Notes under the pieces: generated by a model
The model's database searches: none
What the model was told of the DNA's origin: nothing
What the model saw: the letters and a program-made list of their open reading frames with translations, nothing else
Program-made: the position numbers and the translations under genes
Source: Hormiphora californensis
Lineage: Eukaryota > Animalia > Ctenophora
Assembly (NCBI GenBank): GCA_020137815.1
Contig: CM035355.1
Location: forward strand, 3,472,001-3,536,000
Direction of reading: 5' to 3'
Length of the DNA: 64,000 bases
Part shown: in pieces, positions 1 to 11,583 of the stretch
Numbering within the stretch: position 1 is the stretch's first letter
Layout of the letters: every line of letters begins with the position of its first letter

Positions 1-1330
1 GCGGGGAAATGCTTCATGAATACTACAAACGGCCCCTTCCTCCCCCCTTGGAGCAGAGAGGCCTATTTTACTATTCAGTGAGTAGCACTGCGAACACAGC
101 GGCATTGTGCAGCCAGGTAGTTTTCAGAAAACTCTCACTTTTTGTTGTAAACACATGCTAATTCTAGTTTGTTATGTTCTAACCCTCCCTTTACATTTGT
201 AAAGGGTGCGGGGCGCCCGAAACACAGTCTAGCCAGGCAAATTTTAGTATAGAGTGGGTCGGATTTCTACATCTACTCTTTCCCTCATTTCACCTCAGCC
301 TTCTTTCTGTTTAGGCCGCTATTCACTACTCCTGTACTCTTTCTTCAAATCCGTGTTCTCACACGTGTAAGCAAACTCTTGACTCTTGAGGGAAGATCAG
401 TGAGTGTATTTTCCCATTGCAGCTGTTGCAATCTGTTTTGAAGTGGTTTGTTCATATACAACAATTGTACAATTACTATACAATTGTACAATTACTATAC
501 AATTGTACAATTACTATACAATTGTACAATTACTATACAATTGTACAATTACTATACAATTGTACAATTACTATATTGCTTGAGATTAATTGTTATGTAA
601 TTGTATGTAGCACGTAATAAAATAGTATGAACAATTACACTGTTCACTGAAGTTCTATATACAGCGGTCGTAACCCCTAATATATATTATATAGCGGTCG
701 TAATAATGGCTTGAGATTAATTGTAGCACGTAATAAAATAGTATGAATTGAACAATTACACTGTTCACTGAAGTTCTATATATAGCGGTCGTAATAATGA
801 CGGCGGAGGGGCGTTAACTCTGAATGCTTCTGTTTTCAAACTTGTTGACGGTAGTTTTAAATAGTGCTACAGCCCCACCCCCAGTCCTCCACCTCTAGTG
901 TGTGTTTCTTTGCGAGTGCTGCAGCTCATATTAGTGTGATACCCATATTAGTGTGAGTGCTGCTCACTTGGGTATCACACAATATAGTCTTTCACTCATA
1001 ACGTATTTATGTTAGAACATCTCACATGTAGATTAACTCGCTCTATATCAAATTTCCTAGCCTCATAGAATAATAAAAGCTATATTAGATGACGCATAAT
1101 ATATGTCCTTTAGATCGCGTGAGTGGTAGCCCTTTCATTTTCCTAGTAGGTCTTTGTGCTAAAATAATTCTGTAAAGTGTGAATTTTAATAATTTTAGCG
1201 ATGTGACGAGACCCTGGATGATTTACCAAAACTTCCTATTGCAGATAACAGAATTACCTGGAAAGATCACATGTCCCAATATACTAGTTCACCAACTGAT
1301 AAGCCCCCACTACTCCAGAAGATTGCTTGA
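1..1330 (+). CDS. 3' end of an unidentified spliced gene (exons <1-77, 315-399, 1199-1330)
   Basis: GT-AG junctions with consistent phases (2, 0) give ...AGKCFMNTTNGPFLPPWSREAYFTIQPLFTTPVLFLQIRVLTRVSKLLTLEGRSRCDETLDDLPKLP...LQKIA*. No family recognised. Confidence 0.5.
461..574. repeat. 19-bp minisatellite x6 (acaattgtacaattactat)
   Basis: Six perfect copies; accounts for ORF 417..617. Confidence 0.95.
578..799. repeat. Imperfect ~130-bp tandem duplication
   Basis: gcttgagattaattg...gcggtcgtaa starts at 578 and again at 709. Confidence 0.85.
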
Positions 1331-1432
1331 CTTCTTGTGCCTCATTGTACAAAATATTATTCCTACATATATTCCTACTTGCTATGTTTGTAAAATATTG
1401 CTCGGTCGGCCTCACTTTACAATTTCTTGTCC

Positions 1433-1540
1433 CATTGCTTGCTTGATATTAGGTCGTGACCTGCTCTTTATGTTATTATACATAACATAAAAGACTAAAG
1501 AGCAGGTCACGACCTAATCACTAATATCAAGCAAACAATG
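1433..1540. repeat. Intergenic imperfect palindrome/hairpin
   Basis: cattgcttgcttgatattaggtcgtgacctgctcttta pairs with taaagagcaggtcacgacctaat...atatcaagcaaacaatg. Confidence 0.85.
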
Positions 1541-1578
1541 CAGCCACCGCTCATATATTATATTTCTATAGCGTCATC

Positions 1579-3619
1579 ATGATTCTGAGTTCAACAAAAC
1601 GTGAGATATGGAACATAGTGGTGGTGACAGTCATTCTAATGCTTCTAAACGCGTCATTCAACCCCGCTGCCTCCCTACTCAGTACTGCACTGGAGGATAG
1701 CCACTCAGGAATGGATTCCACCATTGGATACCTGAGCCAGAGTAAGTGCCGTTGAACATGGAGGGTGTGGGTAAGTGTAGACTGTTACAATAGCTGATCT
1801 ATAGGTATAGTTTGGGAGGATGCGGGTGAAATCCATCTTAGGAACTTCAATATGAAATATATCACTCTTTCTAAAACAAATCCCCCCTCTTCAGGTATAG
1901 TGTCCCTGGTTTCAGTACTAGGGGCCCTAGTTGCAGTCCCAGTCCGGCTGTTCCTAGGCTACAGACTAACCATCATAACCTCTGGTGTGCTCCACGCGGC
2001 ATTCTATGTCGGAGCGTTGCTATTGGATACCACAACTCTCCTAGCGGGATCGGTTATCAGTGGACTGGGTATTGGTGTGATCTGGGTGGTGATTCCTAAT
2101 TATGTGACGGTGATCTCACCACATAAGGACATTGAGAGGAATTTGAGTTGTCACATGTTCCTCTACAACTTGAATGGAATCGTAGGTGAGTGTGGGAAAC
2201 AAATCACTTAATCCCAAATCAGTCATTTTATTAGAGAGACACCGAGGAACACATAACTACCATTCCTGGCTCGACCCTCGACAGCAAATACGTCGTCGAG
2301 ATTCTATTGAAACCCCCCCCCCCTAACTAACCCCATATCGATACTCCCGCCCCTAATAAATCGTTACCAACTCCAGGTAACGTGTTAACCTACTTTGTGT
2401 TGGACAGCTCCCAACAAGTAACAGACTCAGCCCGGATCTCATTCTACACTATCTGCATTATCGTTACCATAGTAGCAGCCCTGGTGGGTGGGCTCCTCAT
2501 CCTGCCAGTCAAGGAGGCAAGGGGCATGTTGGATAGTGAAACCAGTGATACGGATAGGTTGTTAGAGGAACAGAAGGGTGTGAAGATGAGTATCAACGAT
2601 GGTAAGTTCATTGAGGGGTAAACTAGAGCTGTTACAATTTGAGAAACCAACGATATTCCCAAGAGATGTCCTAACTCCTAAGCCACTGTCACACACTACA
2701 CAGTGTGACTCATACTCCTTAATCCCATACGTTTTGCTATCTAACTGACACCCCCCCCTCCCCCCAAACTATCTAACTGACCCCCCCCCCCCAGATATAA
2801 CACCACCAGTAGACGAGACATGGCGACAGTACAGTTCCCGTTGGGTATCATTTCTCCTGGAACCTGGTGTCCTGGCCCTTACCATTACTAACATCTACTT
2901 CGGAGCTGTTCTGACACTTGTTATCATGATACCCATGTGCATTAGTAAGTGATTAATTAATATTAATTAACATGTTGACAAACCTAGAACCACATTTCAC
3001 TACTTATACGTCTTCGTTTTACAAACAACTTTATTTGGGACCTTTTCTGATAGAATCGGGTCTTATCCAGTTGATTTAAAATAGACATACCAACTTTCAG
3101 AAAAAATATCTGACACTTCACCTACAACCTTTTACAGGTGCCACATACGAGAACCGCAAACTGATCCCAATATTCGGTGCCACAGTTGGTCTCTGTCGGA
3201 TGTGTTTCACAGGTCTATTTGAAGGTTCCGCCCGACTCACCTCCTACCGAACTACCACCCTGATATGCACTCTCTCCGCTATAACCTGGAGTATCATCAC
3301 CGTCCTGGTGTTCCCCAACTACTCCCACCAGACCCTGATTGACACCACGGGTGGAGCCTTCCTGCCGGTGGGTGATTGGGTGGTATACGTCCTGGCAGTG
3401 GCGGCTGGACTCACTATAACCTGGATGGGAGTGCTCACCATGGTGGCCCAGGGGAAAGTGTCACGTGATCTGGACACCATGCACGGGTTCCCATCTGATG
3501 TTCTCTTCTCATGGACTATGATTGTGTGGAGCGTGGGTAATGCAGCGGTGTTCGCCGTGACGTCATACATTTCACTTCAGCTGTTTTGTGGGATGTTTCT
3601 TAGCGGGGGCGGTGGCTAA
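1579..3619 (+). CDS. UNC-93-like MFS membrane protein, MFSD11-like (exons 1579-1741, 1895-2185, 2377-2601, 2795-2944, 3138-3619; true end possibly 3677)
   Basis: Phase-consistent GT-AG exons and many TM helices. The segments IGYLSQSIVSLVS, SVISGLGIGVIWVVIPNYVT, IERN and GIVGNVLTYF align by eye with the MFSD11/UNC93 N-terminal half. Confidence 0.75.
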
Positions 3620-3922
3620 TCATATTGTGTTTTGTAGAGATGTGCTGCCGTATATCAGGGAGAAGGGTGATGTGTGAGATGCTTGAGTTGTGTGAGGTTT
3701 GCAATGTGTGATTAGTGAGGTGTCAGGTGTGATTAGTGAGGTGTAAAGAGGTGTCTTCCGTGAAGTACATGGTAGTTGTCAGTTGAAATTGTCAGACCTC
3801 AATTTGGTTTGATATATATTAGCAAGTAGTGCAAGAAATAATGTCACAGAATGGTTTATACTCAGTGTACTATTATTTGTGTTTTTTGTGTAGTTTGATA
3901 AATTAAATTTTTACCCATTTTG

Positions 3923-5751
3923 TTAAGAAATGGTTTCATTTGTTAAATTTAACTTAGCTACTAGAGGACAATGTAGTTCAATATTATTGCCATGTCACAG
4001 GACAAGATCATAGCTGGAAGACTGACTTACCATTATCAAAGTTTCTGTGACTAATCACGCTCTCCACATCGGAACTATCTATAGACATCGTCTCCTCCAT
4101 CGTATCGTCACTTCGCTGCAAAGTTATTAGTACAGTTACAACTTCAAAGTAATTGGTACATACTAGGCTGTCCAGTAAATAATTTCGTTGGGCTTTTCTG
4201 GGAAAATGGTTCAAGGTAGAGCAAAATGGACTTCACCACTGTTTTTAACACTCGATTTTGTATCGGAATATAATGCCTGATATCGGAATGTGGTGGTTCT
4301 CGGTTCCCACGAGGCCTCTTTCTATACCCCACTCTCGTTGCTGCTGCATATGGAAAATCACGATTTTTAAGTTTTAGTACTAAACCTGCTGTACTTCTTG
4401 AAAATTGTACATGAGTGATGTTTTGTTGCATCAAGCTTGTTCATTAGACAATTATCTTTCGTTTGAGATGTAATAAAAGATCCTATCTTTATTTTTCACT
4501 GAGCAATGGGCTTCTAAAAATGTTTGGTCAAAGTTAGAAACTTTCACTTCCGGGTCTCATCAGGATTGGCTTATAATCAACAACTCTGCAGTAAAAATTA
4601 GTTCTAAGTCAGTTCTAAGACGTAGTGAACCCAATTATGTGATTGGTTGACTTAAAAAGTGAGTTATTGATGTTTTCAAAAATACCCGTAAAACAGGCCC
4701 AATTTTTTGCACTTTGACGCTTTTTCATGTTACATTAACTGTTCTAGAGGTTATAAGTCAACACCTAGAGCCAAAAATCGCAAACATAGCTCATCCTTGG
4801 ACAATTTGCTATCGATTAAGCACCATAGGAGCTAAAAAGACTGAACCAGTTTTCATAGGGCAGCGTTTAGAAAACTTTGGTAACCCCGTGCAGCAGCAAC
4901 AAAAGTGGGGCAGAGAAAATAGCCTGCTGGGAACCGAGAACAACCACATACCGATATCAGGCATTGTATTCCTATTCAAAATTGAGTGCTGAAAACAGTG
5001 GTGAAGTCCATTTTGCTCTATCTTAAACCATTTTCCCAGAAAAGCCCAACGAAATTATTTACTGGACAGCCTAGTACTACAGGTTATTTAAGTAATCGGG
5101 AAGTAATCAAAGTTTTGAATAGTTACTGATTGGCCACTTTTCATAAATACAGATCTGACTGAACAGTAAATTACCATGTGCGAGGGACTGGTCATGGTTG
5201 GAGTTATATCACTGGTCCCTGATGCACTCGTAGTAGCTGGGGGCATCGTCTGTTTCCCTCTAATCCTTGTCGCCTTTCTGTTCTTCCTTCTCTTCAGCTT
5301 CTTCTTGGGGTGGCTTCCTGTAAATTGAGGATATAGTGAGCTTATCTGAGCAACAAAGTCTGGGCAATGAGTGACACAGGAGAGGGGGATCCCTAGGGGA
5401 ACCGGGAAGGGAAGAGAGAGTTGGTGGCAGGGGAGAGGAGGGGGTATCTCACCGTGATGTGGGATGGAGAGGGAAGATAGTTGGTGACAGAAATAATTCT
5501 CCTGGCCATCCGAGTCCTCCCATGAACCACATGCTGCGGAACAAGTGGAATATTAAAGATGATGATTTGACAGCGATTTGACAGTGAAGATAACCATGTT
5601 TAATTAACTAATTAAACAACTAATCAACTAATTAAATATTACCTCTATTAGATGAAGTTCCATGGTCAGTATCCTGACTATCTCCAAATAACTTGTGTTT
5701 TCTGCTCCTTCCCAGCCCTCCTCCTGCCCCTCCCTGACTGAGAGATGACAT
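3923..5751 (-). CDS. Hypothetical basic/nuclear protein (exons 5751-5643, 5533-5453, 5317-5175, 4115-4031, probably 3960-3923)
   Basis: Phase-consistent GT-AG exons give MSSLSQGGAGGGLGRSRKHK...GSHPKKKLKRRKNRK...MEETMSIDSSDVESVISHRNFDN. The last exon is uncertain (read-through stop at 4008). Confidence 0.5.
4163..5074. mobile_element. Non-autonomous Tc1/mariner-type DNA transposon in an intron
   Basis: ~185-bp imperfect TIRs starting ctaggctgtccag; TA on both sides (4161-4162, 5075-5076); no coding capacity. Confidence 0.85.
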
Positions 5752-6030
5752 CTAGTGTGGTGTGTCACCTTCTCCTCGTCTCCATGGTTACTGATAATGA
5801 TTCTAGTTGCCTAGTGATGAGATCTGAGTAGCTCAGTTGCTATGGTTACCATCCATGCTATAATAGGAGATGTATGGTGGGGTTAGAAAGAAGGAGTATC
5901 AATGAGGAGACAGCTGTAACTAAAATTCTTTTGTAAATAAAAGTAAGTGTAACTAGTCAATAAATAAATTAATGTAGCGATTAAAAAAGTAAACAAACAA
6001 ATTGCGAGTCTTTTATCTCACTTCTGATCC

Positions 6031-6165
6031 TACTTGGTATCCCTGACGCTAACCCTCCCCACCTCCCCTAACCCCTTATTATACTCCCTACAAACACCCC
6101 TACTTAGTATCCCCGACGCTAACCCTCCCCACCTCCCCTAACCCCTTATTATACTCCCTACAAAT
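6031..6165. repeat. 70-bp tandem duplication covering the stop-codon region of the adjacent gene
   Basis: tacttRgtatcccYgacgctaaccctcccc... at 6031 and 6101. Confidence 0.9.
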
Positions 6166-6753
6166 GCTCCTACAAGTGTCACACCCCTTCTTCCTCGCAC
6201 TGCCCCCACCACAATTGAGATCACAATGCCAGCTCCTGACATGAGTCAACACCATACTCCAATGCTCCGGGACAGCATCAGCCAGAGAGGGAGGGAACCG
6301 AGCGTGACAGTTCCCTATGGAGCAGATAAATTGAACTGGACCGGGGGGTTGGTCCCTGGGTTTCTTTGATGTTGTTGGGGGACGTTTGTCTTTTCGACGT
6401 TTCTTGCCCATTGTCGCACTGTGTAGTTTGTCTAAAAACTTGTCGAATTTCTTGTTTTGATCCTCATTTTGGGTTGTTTTCACTGGGAATGTCATTTCTT
6501 CTTTCGTGAGGTCTGGACAAAAATAGGAGGATTAGGGTTTAGTTGATCATATTCCATACTCGATAAGTAATTATATATATAAGTAGTATATATATAGTAG
6601 CCACTGGTAGTATATATAAGTATATGTACCCATGTCTCAAGAAAGCACCAACATTTGGGATTCGTGGGAATTCGAAATACGAAATCAAGTGCTGTTTCTC
6701 AACTTACAGTCTTTCACGTTGTAGAAGGGTAACACGTTCACATTAGATTCCAT
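6100..6753 (-). CDS. Small putative zinc-finger protein (exons 6753-6708, 6512-6100)
   Basis: MESNVNVLPFYNVKD|YLTKEEMTFP... joined by a phase-1 GT-AG intron. Contains FICSIGNC...HVRSWH, CxxC motifs and the basic patch KKRRK. Confidence 0.6.
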
Positions 6754-6873
6754 GTTAGGTTTCTGAAAAGTTCAAACTAAATCACTATTTTCTCAAACAA
6801 CGAATCACCATTTAAGAGACTGAAATCACAATGTGTGTATTTTGGTTACCATCGTTACCACCCCCTCTACCCG

Positions 6874-8314
6874 TTACCATCGTTCCATACATACCGCGTG
6901 ATTTGCACAGAGGATGGTCAGGGAAGTTTTGACGAACTTGCAGCCCTTTAGTACGGCACATTTGTAATGATATCTCTCCGTACATCCCGCCTTGTAACAT
7001 CCCAGACTCGCACCCGGCTCTTTACACATTACACACTCCTGTAATGTAGGTTGAATTAATCTTTATTTAGTGTGGGGCCAACTGGGTACCTGCCTTCCAG
7101 TTAGCGTATTAGTATACCCTAACTGTAACAGAAACGCACGATACAAGACACCTACTGAACAAGAAGTAAGAATTTGTGATGTATGGATTCAGGCGCTCAC
7201 TAACTCTTCTCAGCAGCATACCGTTAGTCGTGCTGTTTTCAGCAGTTCCTCAAGGCCAAACATATCAAAACCGACCATGTAGACACCGGGAGACCAGCAA
7301 ACACAATCTTCGTGAACCCATACTTCTTCTCTGAAAATAAATGGGAATTAAAGGAATGTTTTTTGTGTTTGTGTGTGTAGTAGAGGCAATAATTACACTC
7401 ACCTCCTCTGATTTCTATGAAACTTCTCCCATGCTAAGAGGTGGCAATAGAGGTTCAAATACCGCTGAGTTCAAGTCTGAACAATGTTCGGTTCGTCAAT
7501 TATCGCTAATTGAAAAACGCCAAAATGGCCTAAAATCGCCCTAAGTTCCGAATTGAAATTTTGGAGTTGAGACTCCAGACTTCGTGGAGATGTCCGCTAG
7601 GATGACAATATGCACCAAAATCGGACGGAAGCCTAAATTCGTCCGAATTCGGTACGAAAAGCCGGGTAGACTGAATTTTGGTCACGTGACATGGGTCCAA
7701 AATCAGTTTTTTGCCATTTACGCCTTTCCTGTACGTCGGAGACTAAAAATATGGCCAGTACTTGTCATTTCCATCGCTTTCTGCATCTTTTAAGCCCCCT
7801 ATAAATATCCCTTACTCCAACGGTTCAGTAGTTAGAGTTTTTCAGGGGACTAAATGACGTCACTTCTGAACCGTTGAAGTAAGGGATATTTATAGGGGGC
7901 TTAAAAGATGCAGAAAGCGATGGAAATGACAAGTACTGGCCATATTTTTAGTCTCCAACGTACAGGAAAGGCGTAAATGGCAAAAAACTGATTTTGGACC
8001 CATGTCACGTGACCAAAATTCAGTCTACCCGGCGTTTCGTACCAAATTCGGACGAATTTAGGCTTACGTCCGATTTTGGTGCATATTGTCATCCTAGCGG
8101 ACATCTCCACGAAGTCTGGAGTCTCAACTCCAAAATTTCAATTCGGAACTTAGGGCGATTTTAGGCCATTTTGGCGTTTTTAAATTAGCGATAATTAACG
8201 AACCGAACATTGTTCAGACTTAAACTCTGTGGTATTTGAACCTCTATAATTGCCACCTCTTAGCATGGGAGAAGTTTCATAGAAATCAGAGGAGGTGAGT
8301 GTAATTATTGCCTC

Positions 8315-8346
<32 letters not shown>

Positions 8347-9496
8347 AATTTGTGTGCGCCCGCGCGCTCCCCTCTACAAAATCCTCCCCGCGCCCTACCT
8401 CACTATTTTCAGGGGTGCGTCCGCCTCTCCAGCAGCAACAGAACATGCTCCCCCTTGTGACCCGGACAACTTTTCAAACAGGTTTGAAGTCTCGGCAGCC
8501 ATTTTCCGAACCTGCAAGCTGTCTCTGCGAGGGATGTTGAGGTCGAATGGGCCAAAGAGTGGTCCCAGGTCCCCGTAATCACCAGGTTTGTTACAGAGTG
8601 AACAAAACCAGTTGGCCTTCAGAGTGGAGGGATCAACGCTGAACCCTTTCTTGGCTGGTTTGAGCACCTGAGATTGGGTTAAACTGTGTTTAAGGAGATA
8701 TTCCCCCACCTATCACAATTAAGCTTGCCTTGCTCGACCAACTCTCAAACAAAATTTAACCACTTTGTGGATACAGTACAATTTACGAGATAGTCTAGAC
8801 AATTCAATTGAAGTATGACGTCTATACTCTATGTTTACTAACAAACTGGGTAGACGGTAGAACTTGCTTTGTTCAAACCTTTTTATTTTAGGGGAGGGAG
8901 GGTCGAACAAGGCAAAGCAGAACTTCTGATGACACCTTGTCTTGTTGAGAAACTATACTCTATCTCATGCGGCATTTTGTCTGGACAAGGTGTAACCACG
9001 TGCGTGTGTGCAAGAGACATGTATCACCCCGAACCGAATAAACAAAGTTTACCTTTCTAATGTTGCTATGAGATGAGCCCTTGATAGAGCTGAAGGGAGG
9101 GAATGATTTGAAACCTCTCACCTCCTCTGTGTCCTCCTCCCCTCCTTTAGACTCTTGTTTAAAGTGAAACCTCGCCATGGATCGTGTATCAATAGTCACA
9201 GTCATTAGCCCATCATTCCCCGCTCTCTCTTTCATCTTTTCCGGGATTTTCAGCATGAGTGAGCCCGTTTTAGAGTCCCGCTTGGCGATCAGTTCGGTCA
9301 GTTTGAATACAGCAGGAGCGGGTGTGTCTGATTCGGGTGTGTTGGGAAGAGCAGGAGCTAGAGGGTCTGCTGGGGCAGAGGGAGGTGGGACAGCGGTCAT
9401 GGGGACCGAGAGAGGGTCTGCTGGGGCCGAGGGAGGTGCGGCAGCAGCTAGTGGCTCCACTAGGGCTGTCGAGGGAGGGTCTGCGGTTTCTGACAT
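6874..9496 (-). CDS. RAI1/TCF20-like extended-PHD (ePHD) chromatin protein (exons 9496-9053, 8709-8399, 7330-7222, 7038-6874)
   Basis: CSLC...GDLGPLFGPF, WVHEDCVCWSPGVY, CVMCKEPGASLGC...C..RYHYKCA...C..H form the RAI1/TCF20 ePHD signature; phases 0/2/0 are consistent. Confidence 0.85.
7378..8319. mobile_element. Almost fully palindromic non-autonomous DNA transposon (Academ-like TAG...CTA ends) in a RAI1-like intron
   Basis: ~450-bp arms with a ~30-nt centre; ends tagtagagg / cctctacta; flanked by gtg on both sides within a (GT)n tract; produces the mirror ORFs 7584..7793 and 7901..8110. Confidence 0.85.
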
Positions 9497-9797
9497 AGCC
9501 TATATATGAAAACGGGTTAATTTGTTAGTGATTCATAGTGGTCCTGAAATAGTGGTGAGACACACGTTTAAACAATCCAAATGTAAAAAGATTAAATTAG
9601 ATAAAAATACGTAGGGAATAAAAAATGGTATCATTAAAAATAGCTAATCCATATAATAAATCCCATAATGTTAGTCAGTCTGTCCGTTAATTGGTTTTTC
9701 AAACTCCTCCCACAGTTTTTGAGCTAGACCCCTGAAAATTTGTACACTGGTACCTTGGACCAAGGCGGATGTAAGTACGGGCTCAGATTTTTGATCC

Positions 9798-10234
9798 TGG
9801 TGTAAAGTAAGGACTGCCGATACGGGTGTGTTTGGAAAGGGACGTTCTTGGGGTGGTTTCGTGACACGTATGGGGCGTACCCGTCAGCTGGAGCGTAAAG
9901 GCGAAAGTAAACACGTTGTCTTTTATCTTGTGAATGTAAAGTAACGGTAAAGGATTGTTACAGTTCAGTTGACTAAGAGAACACACGCTTTTGAAAGTTG
10001 CTTCGCTCCGACAAACGAAAACTCACTCTCAAAACATCAATCGCTCTTCTCTCTCAGATCTCAGAAAACGCGCGCGCGTGTCACCAAAGCGACACACACA
10101 CGCGCGCGAAGATGCTGTGCTTTTAATAGAACTCAGCGTCAAAACAAGCACCTTCGCGATAGGACACAGACACAAACACACATTCTCACACACACGCACA
10201 CACAAACACACAGGGCTGGCCCAGTTCTGCACCA
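9798..10234 (-). repeat. 3' LTR
   Basis: Direct repeat of 18087-18523. Confidence 0.97.
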
Positions 10235-11075
10235 TTCCATCAAGGACAAAAAGCGCCGTTGCCACCGACTCCTTTGAGCCGGTGACACGGTGTCCTCGAC
10301 AGAATAGCCCAGAACTGTACCATGAGCACGGGACGATGAAAATAAACGAATATCGAGAAAGAGTACACATGACTTACAAGATACACTCTACAAGGAGTTA
10401 CGTTAACGGTAAAAATAATTCATTAAAAATACTGTGTAGAATAATAAAATCGGACCATAGCATACCCGGGTAATAAATTAAGATCATTAAAAGCTTCACA
10501 TTTTGTGAATACAAACATGTTCATGGTCAGTAATACACTGTATAAAATATTACAATTTGTTTCTTTTTCTGTTTTCTCTTTCTCAGAGAAATTCTCGCTT
10601 TAAACAATGATTTCACGATGAAGGTAAGGAAGAAAGGTCTCTGAAGTTCCAATTAAAAGGGGGCATTGCTGTTCACGTTGCACCATGTTAGCCGATACCG
10701 TCCACCCCAGGAACACGATGTCGAAGGATGGCGCACAGGTTGATGGAAAATTGATGATGAGATCTGGATCGGACACCGGTCTGTTTCACTCTTCTCAAGC
10801 GAGTTTCTCAGGGGGTAATCAAACTTCAGCAACAGCTGGTTCCTGACAAAACCATTGATCTCAACCAATAGATCACGGCTTCTCTTCACCTCCTTATCAT
10901 GTCTCAAGGAAGCAAAATATCGCATGTTCACACTTCACATGAACTGTTCACCGGTATCGCAGATTGGTAGCTGCCATGTATCGTTAGGTAGCACATTTAC
11001 CCTTGTCATCAGGTTTCAGTTTGTTTCTGGATCATCAAAACATATCAACAGATAGAGGTCAGTTGTATGGTTGCT

Positions 11076-11407
11076 GTTGTCGAGAACTCTCAACTTGGTT
11101 GGGGATTATAAAAATAAATCCAAAAGGATTTTAACGGGTTGTCGAGTACACTCAACAGTCAACTTAGTTGTTAAAATAAAATCGAAATCCAAGAGGATTT
11201 GATGGGTTGTCGAGTACACTCAACTTGGTTGGGGTTATAAAAATAAATCCGAAAGGATTTTAACGGGTTGTCGAGTACACTCAACTTAGTTGTTAAAATA
11301 AAATCGAAATCCAAGAGGATTTGATGGGTTGTCGAGTACACTCAACTTGGTTGGGGTTATAAAAATAAATCCAAAAGGATTTTAACGGTTTGTCGAGTAT
11401 TCTCAAC
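11076..11407 (-). repeat. Array of six 19-bp cores with alternating ~42-bp A/B spacers in the retrotransposon 3' region
   Basis: gttgtcgagtacactcaac x6 with spacers in A-B-A-B-A order, each containing aaatccNNNNggattt. Confidence 0.92.
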
Positions 11408-11583
11408 CTATTAGTGTAAAACACTGTTTAAATGTAGAGGGAGATCAGAAGATCTTAACTTCCGGAACAGATGAGCCTCAATGTGGAGTCGAAGATGTTC
11501 AGGCATAGCAGCAGTCAGTGTTGGGGAGTGGCGAAATCTCGTGCACTGAGTAGGAACACACTTCATATTCGACCACATGACAA

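Noticed and set aside
7584-8110. Paired 69-aa ORFs
   Set aside because: Artefact of the palindrome
9969-10473. ORFs in the LTRs (also 18258-18600)
   Set aside because: Chance frames through CA-rich LTR sequence that diverge at the LTR boundary
11076-11407. CRISPR-like repeat-spacer array
   Set aside because: Spacers alternate between two sequences rather than being unique, there are no cas genes, and it lies inside a eukaryotic LTR element
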